This document shows positions 56,221 to 64,000 of a DNA stretch of 64,000 bases, in pieces (position 1 is the first letter of the stretch; every line of letters begins with the position of its first letter). Made by a program: the position numbers and the translations under genes. The notes under the pieces were generated by a model. The model did no database searches. It had not been told where the DNA came from and saw nothing but the letters and a program-made list of their open reading frames with translations. The DNA is from Candidatus Taylorbacteria bacterium RIFCSPHIGHO2_01_FULL_46_22b (lineage in GTDB: Bacteria > Patescibacteriota > Minisyncoccia > Phycocordibacterales > DSPV01). Location of the stretch: NCBI GenBank assembly GCA_001820875.1, contig MHRF01000013.1:73992-137991 (forward strand). Direction: 5' to 3'.

Positions 56221-56445
56221 ATAGTAATCCTAACACATAATTCTTTAGTACTTATCAAGACGTCCGATTGGAATCTTCCTTACAACGGATACTTTGTACC
56301 GTGAATTTTGAACTTCCTGAGAAAAGACTTGCCAAAACAATATTTTATGTTATTGTTCAATCCGAACAATATTCACTGTACGAAACGCCAAAGAACGTAC
56401 AGTGACAACCAGCTCTTTGGCAAAACCCAGAAAGGACCCGTTGGT

Positions 56446-56976
56446 ATGCGAAAAGCAAGACAACTTTATCTAAGTCCAGCCCAGGATTTCCTCGACAATC
56501 TAGCCCTCGATGATATCGCCAGAGTAATGCAAAAACTCTGTTCGGAGAGCGAGGCTCCGGACAAAAAAGGTGGAGTTCTCGCGGTTGCCATTCGAAACAG
56601 GCACACCGGGGACACCTCCTTTGAATCAATCACCGTCGGCGATGCTGGAAAACGTTGCGTGGAGTTCGCAAAGAACGCCGCGGAAAAAATCCATCGTTTG
56701 ATGGGGCGGCGCGATGACGGATACAAAGACATCGCCGCCTCAAAAAGCGCCAATCCCAATCATCGGAACAAGCGCCTTCGAACTTACGGCGGATGTCTGG
56801 TCTTCATCGACGGTGGCGACGAATACTACATTTCTTTTTCGGGCGCCCCCGCTCACGTGGACGAAGTGCTGGTATTCGTCATCGGAGAAAACGAGGACTT
56901 AACTCCACCTCGTGGGTACAAAAACAGACTGATACCCCGAGCTCGTGAGCTCTTGGGAACGTTGGAATTTGATTGA
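56446..56976 (+). CDS. Hypothetical protein (GC-rich)
   Basis: The ORF track starts at 56308. The ATG at 56446 is preceded by AAAGGA and is the more plausible start. Confidence 0.4.
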   Translation: MRKARQLYLSPAQDFLDNLALDDIARVMQKLCSESEAPDKKGGVLAVAIRNRHTGDTSFESITVGDAGKRCVEFAKNAAEKIHRLMGRRDDGYKDIAASKSANPNHRNKRLRTYGGCLVFIDGGDEYYISFSGAPAHVDEVLVFVIGENEDLTPPRGYKNRLIPRARELLGTLEFD

Positions 56977-57071
56977 CCCATCACTCTTTCGCCGCGCGGC
57001 AACCTGTAAGGTTGCCGCGTTCTTTTTATGCTCTTGAATTTGTTGGATCTGACTCCAACTCCAGTTTGCAC

Positions 57072-57629
57072 CTAAATTTGCACGAGTTCCGTCGTTTTGA
57101 TACTGCCATCTTCTGCGGATTCGTCGTAGCGCTCAATGCTAAAGCCATGCCCCCGTTTAAAGGCGGAAAATATCGTGCCAGATTCGACAAAACTACACTG
57201 CACGCGTCCGATCACAATCCCCTCATTCTGCAGTTCACTGGTCGTGGTGCCTGTACAACCCATTGCCACTCCAAGATCATAGCGCTTTGACTTGCCGTCG
57301 TAAGTCGTAATATCGGCAGCGATCTTCTGCTCGTAAAAAAGGAAGTCGTCGGGATTTGTAATAGTAGGATCCGCCTTCTCGATGCTCCAGCTTACTTTGC
57401 GAACCGTCGTAGCATCATAATTTCGAAACGGATTGAGAGAACCACCAGTGATGTAGAAACCGAGTTGGCCTACAAGCCAGATCGGCGGCGCACAATCGTC
57501 CCCACCTTCCACATTGACTATAGGTTCTCGGTGGCAGCCATAGTGGATAGTCGAACCGATGAAACGCACGCCAGCAAAAAGCCCAAGTGCGATAACGACG
57601 AAAATAATGGTTTTAAGAGTTTGGTTCAT
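57072..57629 (-). CDS. Exported hypothetical protein
   Basis: N-terminal signal/TM (MNQTLKTIIFVVIALGLFAG). Confidence 0.5.
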   Translation of the reverse strand: MNQTLKTIIFVVIALGLFAGVRFIGSTIHYGCHREPIVNVEGGDDCAPPIWLVGQLGFYITGGSLNPFRNYDATTVRKVSWSIEKADPTITNPDDFLFYEQKIAADITTYDGKSKRYDLGVAMGCTGTTTSELQNEGIVIGRVQCSFVESGTIFSAFKRGHGFSIERYDESAEDGSIKTTELVQI

Positions 57630-57637
57630 ATTTTTAT

Positions 57638-57836
57638 TGTCTAGCGAGTGAGCGACCTAAATTTCAAGGAGCAAAGCGACTATGAAATTGGGAGCACTCT
57701 TGTGGTGCGGAGAGAAAATGTATCTTCTTTTTCTCTCCCGAACGAGCGACCTAGATTTCTTACGAGCATAGCGAATGTAGAAATCGGAAGTACTCTCGTG
57801 GTGCGACGGCAGCAAAGGGTTTAATACCCTTTATTT
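57638..57836. repeat. Intergenic repeat element, copy B (two tandem ~70-nt subunits plus an intact AAAGGGTTTAATACCCTTTA hairpin)
   Basis: Near-identical to 6651..6840. Confidence 0.65.
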
Positions 57837-58160
57837 GAGGCCTTCTATTCCCATCGAACCTGCCGCGAGCGCCATAGCGATGACGAGAACTGTAGCAACA
57901 GCAAACGCTCCGACGGTTTTAAGGAAAAGTTTTACTCCCTCTTCGCGATGACCGTCGAGAAACATGATGACCGGTTGGTAGAAAAAGAGATATGCCATCA
58001 GGGCTACGGAGAGCACAAATACGGCGAGGAAGCTCATCGGCAAAAAGATCGTCTCGCTGACAACGCCCTCCAAGAAGTTTGAAGCGTTAAAAACCGTCGT
58101 TACGAGCACGACGATATACGAGATGGCAAAGAGTGCGTTGTAAATTGGATTTTTTGTCAT
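57831..58160 (-). CDS. Small membrane protein
   Basis: 109 aa, 3 TM helices. It lies downstream of the HTH gene. Confidence 0.45.
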   Translation of the reverse strand: MTKNPIYNALFAISYIVVLVTTVFNASNFLEGVVSETIFLPMSFLAVFVLSVALMAYLFFYQPVIMFLDGHREEGVKLFLKTVGAFAVATVLVIAMALAAGSMGIEGLK

Positions 58161-58171
58161 AGATTCAAAAA

Positions 58172-58378
58172 TTATTTCTGCTTAAATTCAATAATATCTC
58201 CCGGTTGGCAATCCAGCGCTTTGCAAATCGCCTCCAAGGTCGAAAATCGAACCGCTCTCGCTTTTCCATTTTTCAATATGGAAATATTGGCCATCGTGAT
58301 CCCCACCTTCTCGGTGAGTTCCGTGACACTCATTTTTCTCTTAGCGAGCATTATGTCGATGTTGATGATAATTGACAT
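58172..58378 (-). CDS. XRE-family (YozG-like) helix-turn-helix transcriptional regulator
   Basis: 68 aa. LAKRKMSVTELTEKVGITMANISILKNGK is an HTH_3-type motif. Confidence 0.7.
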   Translation of the reverse strand: MSIIINIDIMLAKRKMSVTELTEKVGITMANISILKNGKARAVRFSTLEAICKALDCQPGDIIEFKQK

Positions 58379-58398
58379 GAGGGTTTTTAGACATACTC

Positions 58399-58896
58399 TT
58401 ATACTGTGAGGTCATTTTCGGATTTAATATCAATAGCATTTTGCAAAAGCTTCTGTAGGACTGCAGCAAAAACACTGGTGATCAAGGGCGCAAAGATAAA
58501 GATGAGTCCAAACAGTACAGCACCAGGGGCGTCATCTTTATCGGCAACATAAATTATATAGGGCATTCCCGCGGCATAGAGCATGCTAATCGTAAATGCG
58601 TAGTACTTAATATTTTGTATGGCCTTTACCGAAAGCTCCGAAAATGCGGTACCCTTGTCGATGTAATTCAAAAGCAGAATACCCTGATAGAGTCCGATGA
58701 AAAAAGGTATGGCCGCTGCACTCATAACAAGTAAAACAGGAAAATACATTCCTGCATTTCCCGAGATCATCACTCCTGCAATGATCACACACAGCCCAAG
58801 CACAGCGAGCCCGATCAGATAAATTACTACTTTCAAGAAAAGTGTCGACCCCTGTTTCATAGATATAAGCTTAATCTTGTATTTATCGTTTGTCAA
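58399..58896 (-). CDS. DUF2975-like membrane protein (typical partner of YozG-like regulators)
   Basis: 165 aa, 4 TM helices, directly upstream of the HTH gene. Confidence 0.5.
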   Translation of the reverse strand: MTNDKYKIKLISMKQGSTLFLKVVIYLIGLAVLGLCVIIAGVMISGNAGMYFPVLLVMSAAAIPFFIGLYQGILLLNYIDKGTAFSELSVKAIQNIKYYAFTISMLYAAGMPYIIYVADKDDAPGAVLFGLIFIFAPLITSVFAAVLQKLLQNAIDIKSENDLTV

Positions 58897-59206
58897 TAAA
58901 TACCTGCTCGTCCTACAGGTGCCCTTTTAAGCGAGCAGGTTTTTATTTTGAGAACTCCTCCGTTCTCAACGCGCCAAACGTCCTAGAGGGGCGCTGCTCT
59001 CCGCTACGGGAAAAGTCCCTTTTTCCCGACCCCTTTCCCCATCCCACATTCATACCCGCGGCAAGCCGTCGGGGTGCTCTGCGGGATGAATATATTATTA
59101 TCGTTTATGGGGATATCTAAACGTAAATACCCTTTTGTGGAGTCTGACCCCAATTCCTTGAACTTTTTGACTTCGGTTTCGATACTCCTCGGAATGTGTA
59201 GGAAGC

Positions 59207-59827
59207 TCACAAAATTACGTTCTCTAGTTCCTGCACATTATCAACAATGTAATCCGGATTTCCTGCTCTCAATTTCAACTTACTGGTAAAACCCCAAGTA
59301 ACAGCAATACTTTTAATTCCTACTTTCTTGGCAACATCTATCTCATGATTACTATCTCCAACAAAAAATGTATCTTGCAGATTTAAATTGTATTCTTTAA
59401 TTATTTTCTGAACGGGTTCCAATTTATCATTTGCATCTGTGATAATTTCACTAAAAATATTTTCCAGCCCATACTCTTTTACCTCAGGAAGTAATGTCTC
59501 GGGAAAATCGGAACTTACGACGGAAAGAAAATAACCTTTGTCTTTAGATTTGTGTATGAGTTTTACCACTTCAGAAAATACGGCTACTTTGGGACAGTCT
59601 TTGTCTAATTGTAATTCCTGAAATAGCTTTGACCGCTCCTCTTCGTTATAACCTTCTGGTAAATATTTTTGATAAAAAAGAGCAGGTGGCTGTCTCCAAT
59701 CTTCTCTGAATTCTTCCAAGGTTATTTCTGTAACTCCATATCTTTTGAATATCCTATTAACAATCCATAGCTGACAAGTTAAAGTGTCTCTTACGACACC
59801 GGACCAATCAAAGATAATATTTTTCAT
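59207..59827 (-). CDS. HAD-superfamily hydrolase
   Basis: Motif I IIFDWSGVV, motif IV FVGDSNHEIDVA. Confidence 0.65.
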   Translation of the reverse strand: MKNIIFDWSGVVRDTLTCQLWIVNRIFKRYGVTEITLEEFREDWRQPPALFYQKYLPEGYNEEERSKLFQELQLDKDCPKVAVFSEVVKLIHKSKDKGYFLSVVSSDFPETLLPEVKEYGLENIFSEIITDANDKLEPVQKIIKEYNLNLQDTFFVGDSNHEIDVAKKVGIKSIAVTWGFTSKLKLRAGNPDYIVDNVQELENVIL

Positions 59828-59924
59828 CTTGGATATATTTACCCTTAGAGGGTTAATTTTTTCTATGTCGTAGCAATGCCTCTAAATATGACACTTGTCA
59901 GAGTCCGAACCTATCTCAAACTGG

Positions 59925-59995
59925 CTGCGGGTCAGGGACTCGAACCCCAATAACTTCCTTCAAAGGGAAGTGTCCTACCATTAGACGAACCCGCA
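59925..59995 (-). tRNA. tRNA-Gln (anticodon TTG)
   Basis: Reverse complement: acceptor UGCGGGU/ACCCGCA with the U1:A72 pair and G73 discriminator typical of bacterial tRNA-Gln, anticodon stem CTTCC/GGAAG with loop CTTTGAA, T-arm TGGGG-TTCGAGT-CCCTG. Confidence 0.8.
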
Positions 59996-60231
59996 ATGTT
60001 TCACTTGGGACTTGGATTTTCTAAGGTTTTTGAACCAACCTAAAAAATCAGTCGCCCGCAATATTTATCGTGTATTCCTCTGCTATTCTCTGCTCACTAT
60101 TCGCTCTTCTTTACTACAAGATATAGCTTACTGGTCTCTCACAAAATTTGCAAAGCACACTTGCAATTTCCCTAACGAGTCGTAACATCAAACACGGAAC
60201 AACGAGAACCTCAAACACATGGAGACCTCAT

Positions 60232-61290
60232 ATGGCTATTTACAAACACAACGGCTCAATAGTTGTGCTGAATGCCGGCAGATGTTTGACCAACTTAACC
60301 GTCAACACCCTGACGATTGAGAACACCAACTTGAAAACTGAAGGTATCCTTGCCTACAGGGAATTCGGGACACCGCATGAAATTAGGTGGCAAGCGGCCA
60401 CCGAAGTCATTGGCGGCGAGATCGGACAATGGCGCCTGCGTAAACAAAACGGCGAAATGATTGCTTCAGGTCCGACCAACACGGCACTAGAAGGATTCAT
60501 CACGGGCATCCTTAATACGCTAGCCCGTGAACATCCTCAAGTGGTAACAAAATCGGCTTCCTCGGAAACAAATGGATCAAAGGAACCCGCGCTGACACCT
60601 GAACCACCGCCAGACACTAGCTTCCCAAAGAACTGGGCAGGAAGAGCGATCCCAAACATTCCAACTCGTCGCAAATACAAACCAAGGACGAAAGAAGGGC
60701 ACTCTGCCACTGGAAAGCGAAAAGAAAACTGTGCAGAAACCGAATCTGATGACTCCCCTCCCCGACGGAATCCGTTCGACGAAGCAACGGAGTCGGTACA
60801 GGCACATCACTATTCAGGATCGGCGGCTAGGGATGCTCTCCCAAAACACAACCCCCCATCGACAAATCATGAGGAGGAGGTTGAGGAAGAAGTGGAGCGC
60901 CCGAATAAACATCGGAAATCTCACGCGGCAGACGAAGGGACAGCACCGGCACGAGCATTACAGTATCAAGGACCAAAAGTTACATACCAAGGTTCATGTG
61001 TCTGTGAACAAGTTGCAGAAAGCAGTTCCCGAACACCCTTCGATTGGCACGCGCTCACCGAAGGAAAATTTCCCGCCCGATGTTTCGAGTGCAGCTGTGG
61101 CCGACATTGGTGGCAAAATTGGCCGAACGAAGTCTTTTGGGTGGAAGTTTTGGATGAAGACGCGTGGATTCTGTTGACGCAATACAGCGGTGTACTCGTC
61201 ACCTCGATGGCTCACACACCTGATGGAGTGTACTTGCTTGAAACTCTGCTCCGTACAGGAGACGACAATTACACTGTACAGAGACCGTAA
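60232..61290 (+). CDS. Hypothetical protein (GC-rich, low-complexity acidic/Pro-rich middle, C-terminal Cys cluster CxC...CxxCxC)
   Basis: The ORF is open from 60148 (TTG). The first ATG is at 60232, and the ORF is followed by a strong terminator. Confidence 0.45.
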   Translation: MAIYKHNGSIVVLNAGRCLTNLTVNTLTIENTNLKTEGILAYREFGTPHEIRWQAATEVIGGEIGQWRLRKQNGEMIASGPTNTALEGFITGILNTLAREHPQVVTKSASSETNGSKEPALTPEPPPDTSFPKNWAGRAIPNIPTRRKYKPRTKEGHSATGKRKENCAETESDDSPPRRNPFDEATESVQAHHYSGSAARDALPKHNPPSTNHEEEVEEEVERPNKHRKSHAADEGTAPARALQYQGPKVTYQGSCVCEQVAESSSRTPFDWHALTEGKFPARCFECSCGRHWWQNWPNEVFWVEVLDEDAWILLTQYSGVLVTSMAHTPDGVYLLETLLRTGDDNYTVQRP

Positions 61291-61295
61291 CACTA

Positions 61296-61337
61296 GGCCG
61301 CCCGCGCACATGCGCGAGGCGGCCTCGAATTTTTATT
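61296..61337 (+). terminator. GC-rich hairpin terminator (GGCCGCCCGCGCACATGCGCGAGGCGGCC + T-run)
   Basis: Near-perfect ~14-bp stem. An identical hairpin recurs at 61769..61798. Confidence 0.6.
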
Positions 61338-61379
61338 CAGCAAAGTACACTTGCAATTTCTCTCACGACCCGTAGCATC

Positions 61380-61760
61380 ATGATCAGAACGACAAGAACC
61401 CCTGATCCAATGAATCTCATGAAACAAATATTCGAATACCTTAATCCTCCCATCCTGCTTATCACCGGCGTCACACTACGCAAGGTGTTCGTAGAAGACA
61501 TCCTGCAATCAAACGGATTTCTGATTGCGAACGGGTCGCTTGCAATCACCGACTTTGGCCAAACATACTCGTACACATGGACTGCACAGATATCAATCAA
61601 CGGGTTCAAGGGAGATGACTGGTGGACCATCACACGGACTAAAGGGGGAAAACTCTCCAGTGATCCCGCCGCATCTAGTAAGTTAGCCGAGAAGATGAGC
61701 AAGACACTGAATCCACTCGCACTCAAGAAATTCCCCATCGAACTTGAAGGGATTGATTAG
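61380..61760 (+). CDS. Hypothetical small protein
   Basis: 126-aa ORF whose 5' region repeats the 5' region of the preceding unit. Confidence 0.4.
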   Translation: MIRTTRTPDPMNLMKQIFEYLNPPILLITGVTLRKVFVEDILQSNGFLIANGSLAITDFGQTYSYTWTAQISINGFKGDDWWTITRTKGGKLSSDPAASSKLAEKMSKTLNPLALKKFPIELEGID

Positions 61761-61768
61761 CATTTCGA

Positions 61769-61812
61769 GGCCGCCCGCGCACATGCGCGAGGCGGCCTCA
61801 ACTTTTCTATCA
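61769..61812. terminator. Second copy of the GC-rich hairpin, placed between convergent genes
   Basis: Identical stem sequence to 61296..61324. Confidence 0.5.
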
Positions 61813-61822
61813 AAAGACTCGT

Positions 61823-63118
61823 CTAAGAATACACAGCTCGAATTCGTTTGAGCGCCACGAGATATGCCGCCTCGCGCAAAGACACTTTTTGTTTTACGGA
61901 TTCCTCATATACCGCTTCAGTCGCAAATTCCATTTTCTTCTGTAATTTGTTAAATACTTCTTTTTTGCTCCACTTTTCACTTTGCATATTCTGTTCCCAC
62001 TCAAAGTAACTGACCGCAACCCCACCTGAATTTGCGAGTATGTCGGGAATCACCGTAACTCCTTGCTTGCTAAGCATCTCATCTGCCTCTTGCGTCAGTG
62101 GACCGTTCGCCATCTCAAGTATAATTTTCGCCTGAACTTTTGGCGCATTTTCTTTCGTAATCGCATTTTCAAGCGCCGCGGGAACTACGATATCAACTGG
62201 GAGCGTCAAAACTTCGTCGCTCGTAATCGTCTTTCCTTTTACTTTTTTCTGATTTGAAATGTCGCAAACCGAACCCACGCAATAACATCCAGCCAGCATC
62301 CCACTTTTTTCCTTACATCGCTCAACTTCATCAATACTCGAGATTCCTTCGGGAACATACATACCTCCTTTTGAATCGGAAAGTGCAACAATCTTGCATC
62401 CCATATCAAAAAGATACCGCGCCAAGAAACTCCCAACATTGCCAAACCCCTGAATCGCAACTGTCATGCCTTTGGGATTCTTCTTTAATTTCTTCAATAT
62501 GACTGCGAGAGCATAACTGCCTCCAAGACCTGTCGCTTCTGTGCGGCCTTCCGATCCTCCATCTTCAATTGCTTTCCCCGTAATAACTGCGGGAGTCTTA
62601 TTCCCCACATATACTGCATACTCCTCCGCAATCCACTTCATAATCTGTGAGTTGGTATTCACATCAGGTGCAGGCACATCAAGTGTCGGGCCAATAACCG
62701 GAGAGATCTTCCTTCCGAATTCTCGGGTCAGTCGTTCAAGTTCTCCTGCCGAAAACTCCTTCGGATCAACGATTACCCCTCCCTTCCCTCCGCCAAACGG
62801 AACATCAATCACGGCATTCTTCATCGTCATCCAAAATGAAAGTGCTTTTACTTCGTCAGTATCTACTTGAGAATGGTAACGAAGCCCTCCTTTATAGGGA
62901 CCACGAAGATTGTTGTGTTGCACACGCATTCCTTCAAAGGTTCTAATCGTCCCGTCATCCATTTTCACCGGAATCGAAACCGAAATCACCCGATCGGGAC
63001 TTGAAAGTCGAGCGAGGAGCAGAGGATCAAGCGCGAGCTTTTCTGCCGCTTTGTGCAACTGCCCCTGCGCCCTCTGCCACGGGTTATTGCTAGCAATCTG
63101 CTTATGTAAATCGTTCAT
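61823..63118 (-). CDS. gdhA: Glu/Leu/Phe/Val-family dehydrogenase (glutamate dehydrogenase)
   Basis: KGGLRYH, GGGKGG, and a Rossmann GFGNVGS motif. Confidence 0.85.
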   Translation of the reverse strand: MNDLHKQIASNNPWQRAQGQLHKAAEKLALDPLLLARLSSPDRVISVSIPVKMDDGTIRTFEGMRVQHNNLRGPYKGGLRYHSQVDTDEVKALSFWMTMKNAVIDVPFGGGKGGVIVDPKEFSAGELERLTREFGRKISPVIGPTLDVPAPDVNTNSQIMKWIAEEYAVYVGNKTPAVITGKAIEDGGSEGRTEATGLGGSYALAVILKKLKKNPKGMTVAIQGFGNVGSFLARYLFDMGCKIVALSDSKGGMYVPEGISSIDEVERCKEKSGMLAGCYCVGSVCDISNQKKVKGKTITSDEVLTLPVDIVVPAALENAITKENAPKVQAKIILEMANGPLTQEADEMLSKQGVTVIPDILANSGGVAVSYFEWEQNMQSEKWSKKEVFNKLQKKMEFATEAVYEESVKQKVSLREAAYLVALKRIRAVYS

Positions 63119-63211
63119 AGAGGAAAATAGTATATCACCCCTTCACCATTTTGTTCCAAAAGAAAAGGCGGGTCCGAGAAAACGGAACCCGCCCTGCTTG
63201 CGATGCACAAA

Positions 63212-64000
63212 TCAAGAAACGACCCTTTTTTGCGCATCTCTGATTTTCTTTGCCAGTTTGACCAACCCTTTGGCAGCTTCCTCAAGCTGTTTGCACATAT
63301 CCGTCACTTCACGAGGAGGCCGGTTCTGCGCCAAACTGTCGAAGACATTTTCTGGAAACCCATTCGCGACGAGTGTGTCGGCAGTAATACGAGGAACAAG
63401 TCTCTCGATCTGCTCACGAACATCAGAAGGTTTGCGTGGCCTTCCGCGTGAGCGATCCGGCACCAACTCGTTGACTACTTCTTTCAGCTTCAATAATCGA
63501 AGCTTGGGTCCAGCAAACTCAAGTGCTTTCCTGTACTGCTCCTCCTGCTGTTCAGGAGGCAACATGGCAAGTTGCTGTCCCATTTGGAACGTTAACCGTT
63601 GCCCACGAGGGAGAGTTGGGTCAAGCAATGCTCGAAGAGGAAGGACGAGTTTGACCAAGCTCATGTGTGAGTAAACCCATGCGTCTGATTTACCCGCACA
63701 AAGCTTTTGGAGTTCAACGACACTTGCACCCCCTTCCTTCTCCTTCACAAGTCCCAGAGCAATGTCCAAGTGAGACATTGACTCACGTCCAACATTCTCT
63801 GCAAATGACTTGCGGTGCTGAACGCGGCTGTTAGGAATTTCTTCCCTGCTTCTGACAATTGCATCAAGGTACGGCAATCCAACTAGTTGGGCGGCACGCC
63901 ATCGACGTTCACCTCCAATCAACTCGTGGTCGTGATCGGGATCTCCCTCGATCTTGATCACTTCCACCGGAACACGCTGTCCCTCTTGCCGCATACTCTC
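63212..64000 (-). CDS. ParB/Spo0J-like N-terminal-domain protein, 5'-partial (start lies beyond the window end)
   Basis: The ParB box GERRWRAAQLVGL is present. No stop is reached at the window edge. Confidence 0.55.
   Translation of the reverse strand, partial: ESMRQEGQRVPVEVIKIEGDPDHDHELIGGERRWRAAQLVGLPYLDAIVRSREEIPNSRVQHRKSFAENVGRESMSHLDIALGLVKEKEGGASVVELQKLCAGKSDAWVYSHMSLVKLVLPLRALLDPTLPRGQRLTFQMGQQLAMLPPEQQEEQYRKALEFAGPKLRLLKLKEVVNELVPDRSRGRPRKPSDVREQIERLVPRITADTLVANGFPENVFDSLAQNRPPREVTDMCKQLEEAAKGLVKLAKKIRDAQKRVVS

Noticed and set aside
59845-59924. T-loop-like GGTTCGGACTC just beyond the tRNA-Gln 3' end, suggesting a second tRNA or fragment
   Set aside because: I could not fold a complete cloverleaf, because the acceptor and anticodon arms are absent. 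It is at most a remnant.
61337-61738. 133-aa minus-strand ORF overlapping 61380..61760
   Set aside because: The hairpin plus T-run after the unit and the repeated 5' region both indicate plus-strand orientation.

Overview
The window is gene-dense, roughly 40-45% GC by eye, with several GC-richer patches. Its dominant feature, in the first ~24.4 kb, is a co-directional minus-strand array of at least 17 paralogous genes (the first runs off the left edge). Each paralog has a divergent alpha-helical N-terminal region of about 250-550 aa followed by a highly conserved C-terminal PEP-utilizing-enzyme 'mobile' phosphohistidine domain (motif VTDEGG-x2-[SC]HAAI-x-ARE-x3-PC[VI][VI]G). A single stand-alone ATP-grasp nucleotide-binding gene of the PEP-synthase / rifampin-phosphotransferase N-terminal type (GGKGASLGEM) sits at 23420..24370, at the head of the array. 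Most neighbouring genes overlap by 4-8 nt (ATGA-type), indicating translational coupling. The array reads as a split, combinatorial version of the three-domain rifampin-phosphotransferase/PEP-synthase architecture: one shared ATP module plus many alternative substrate-domain + His-swivel modules. One paralog additionally carries an N-terminal HxGH cytidylyltransferase-like domain. Two GC-richer insertions on the opposite strand interrupt the array. One carries a histidine-phosphatase-superfamily (SixA-like) gene and two small co-operonic ORFs; the other carries a LMW-PTP/ArsC-type CX5R phosphatase. The rest of the window is mostly housekeeping or accessory genes. It contains tRNA-Pro(CGG), tRNA-Ala(CGC) and tRNA-Ala(TGC) on the plus strand, tRNA-Gln(TTG) on the minus strand, ddl, pyrD, a Zur-ZupT pair, an ECF sigma factor, a TPM-LemA pair, a csoR-copA copper module with an HMA-fused membrane protein, an M23 peptidase, gdhA and a partial ParB-like gene. 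A ~200-bp intergenic repeat family built of two tandem ~70-nt subunits occurs three times. There is a partial duplication of the tRNA-Ala 3' end 175 bp downstream of that tRNA. Next to tRNA-Gln, two consecutive units share a ~90-nt 5' region and an identical GC-rich terminator hairpin around unrelated ORFs. No CRISPR array, rRNA or obvious transposase was seen.
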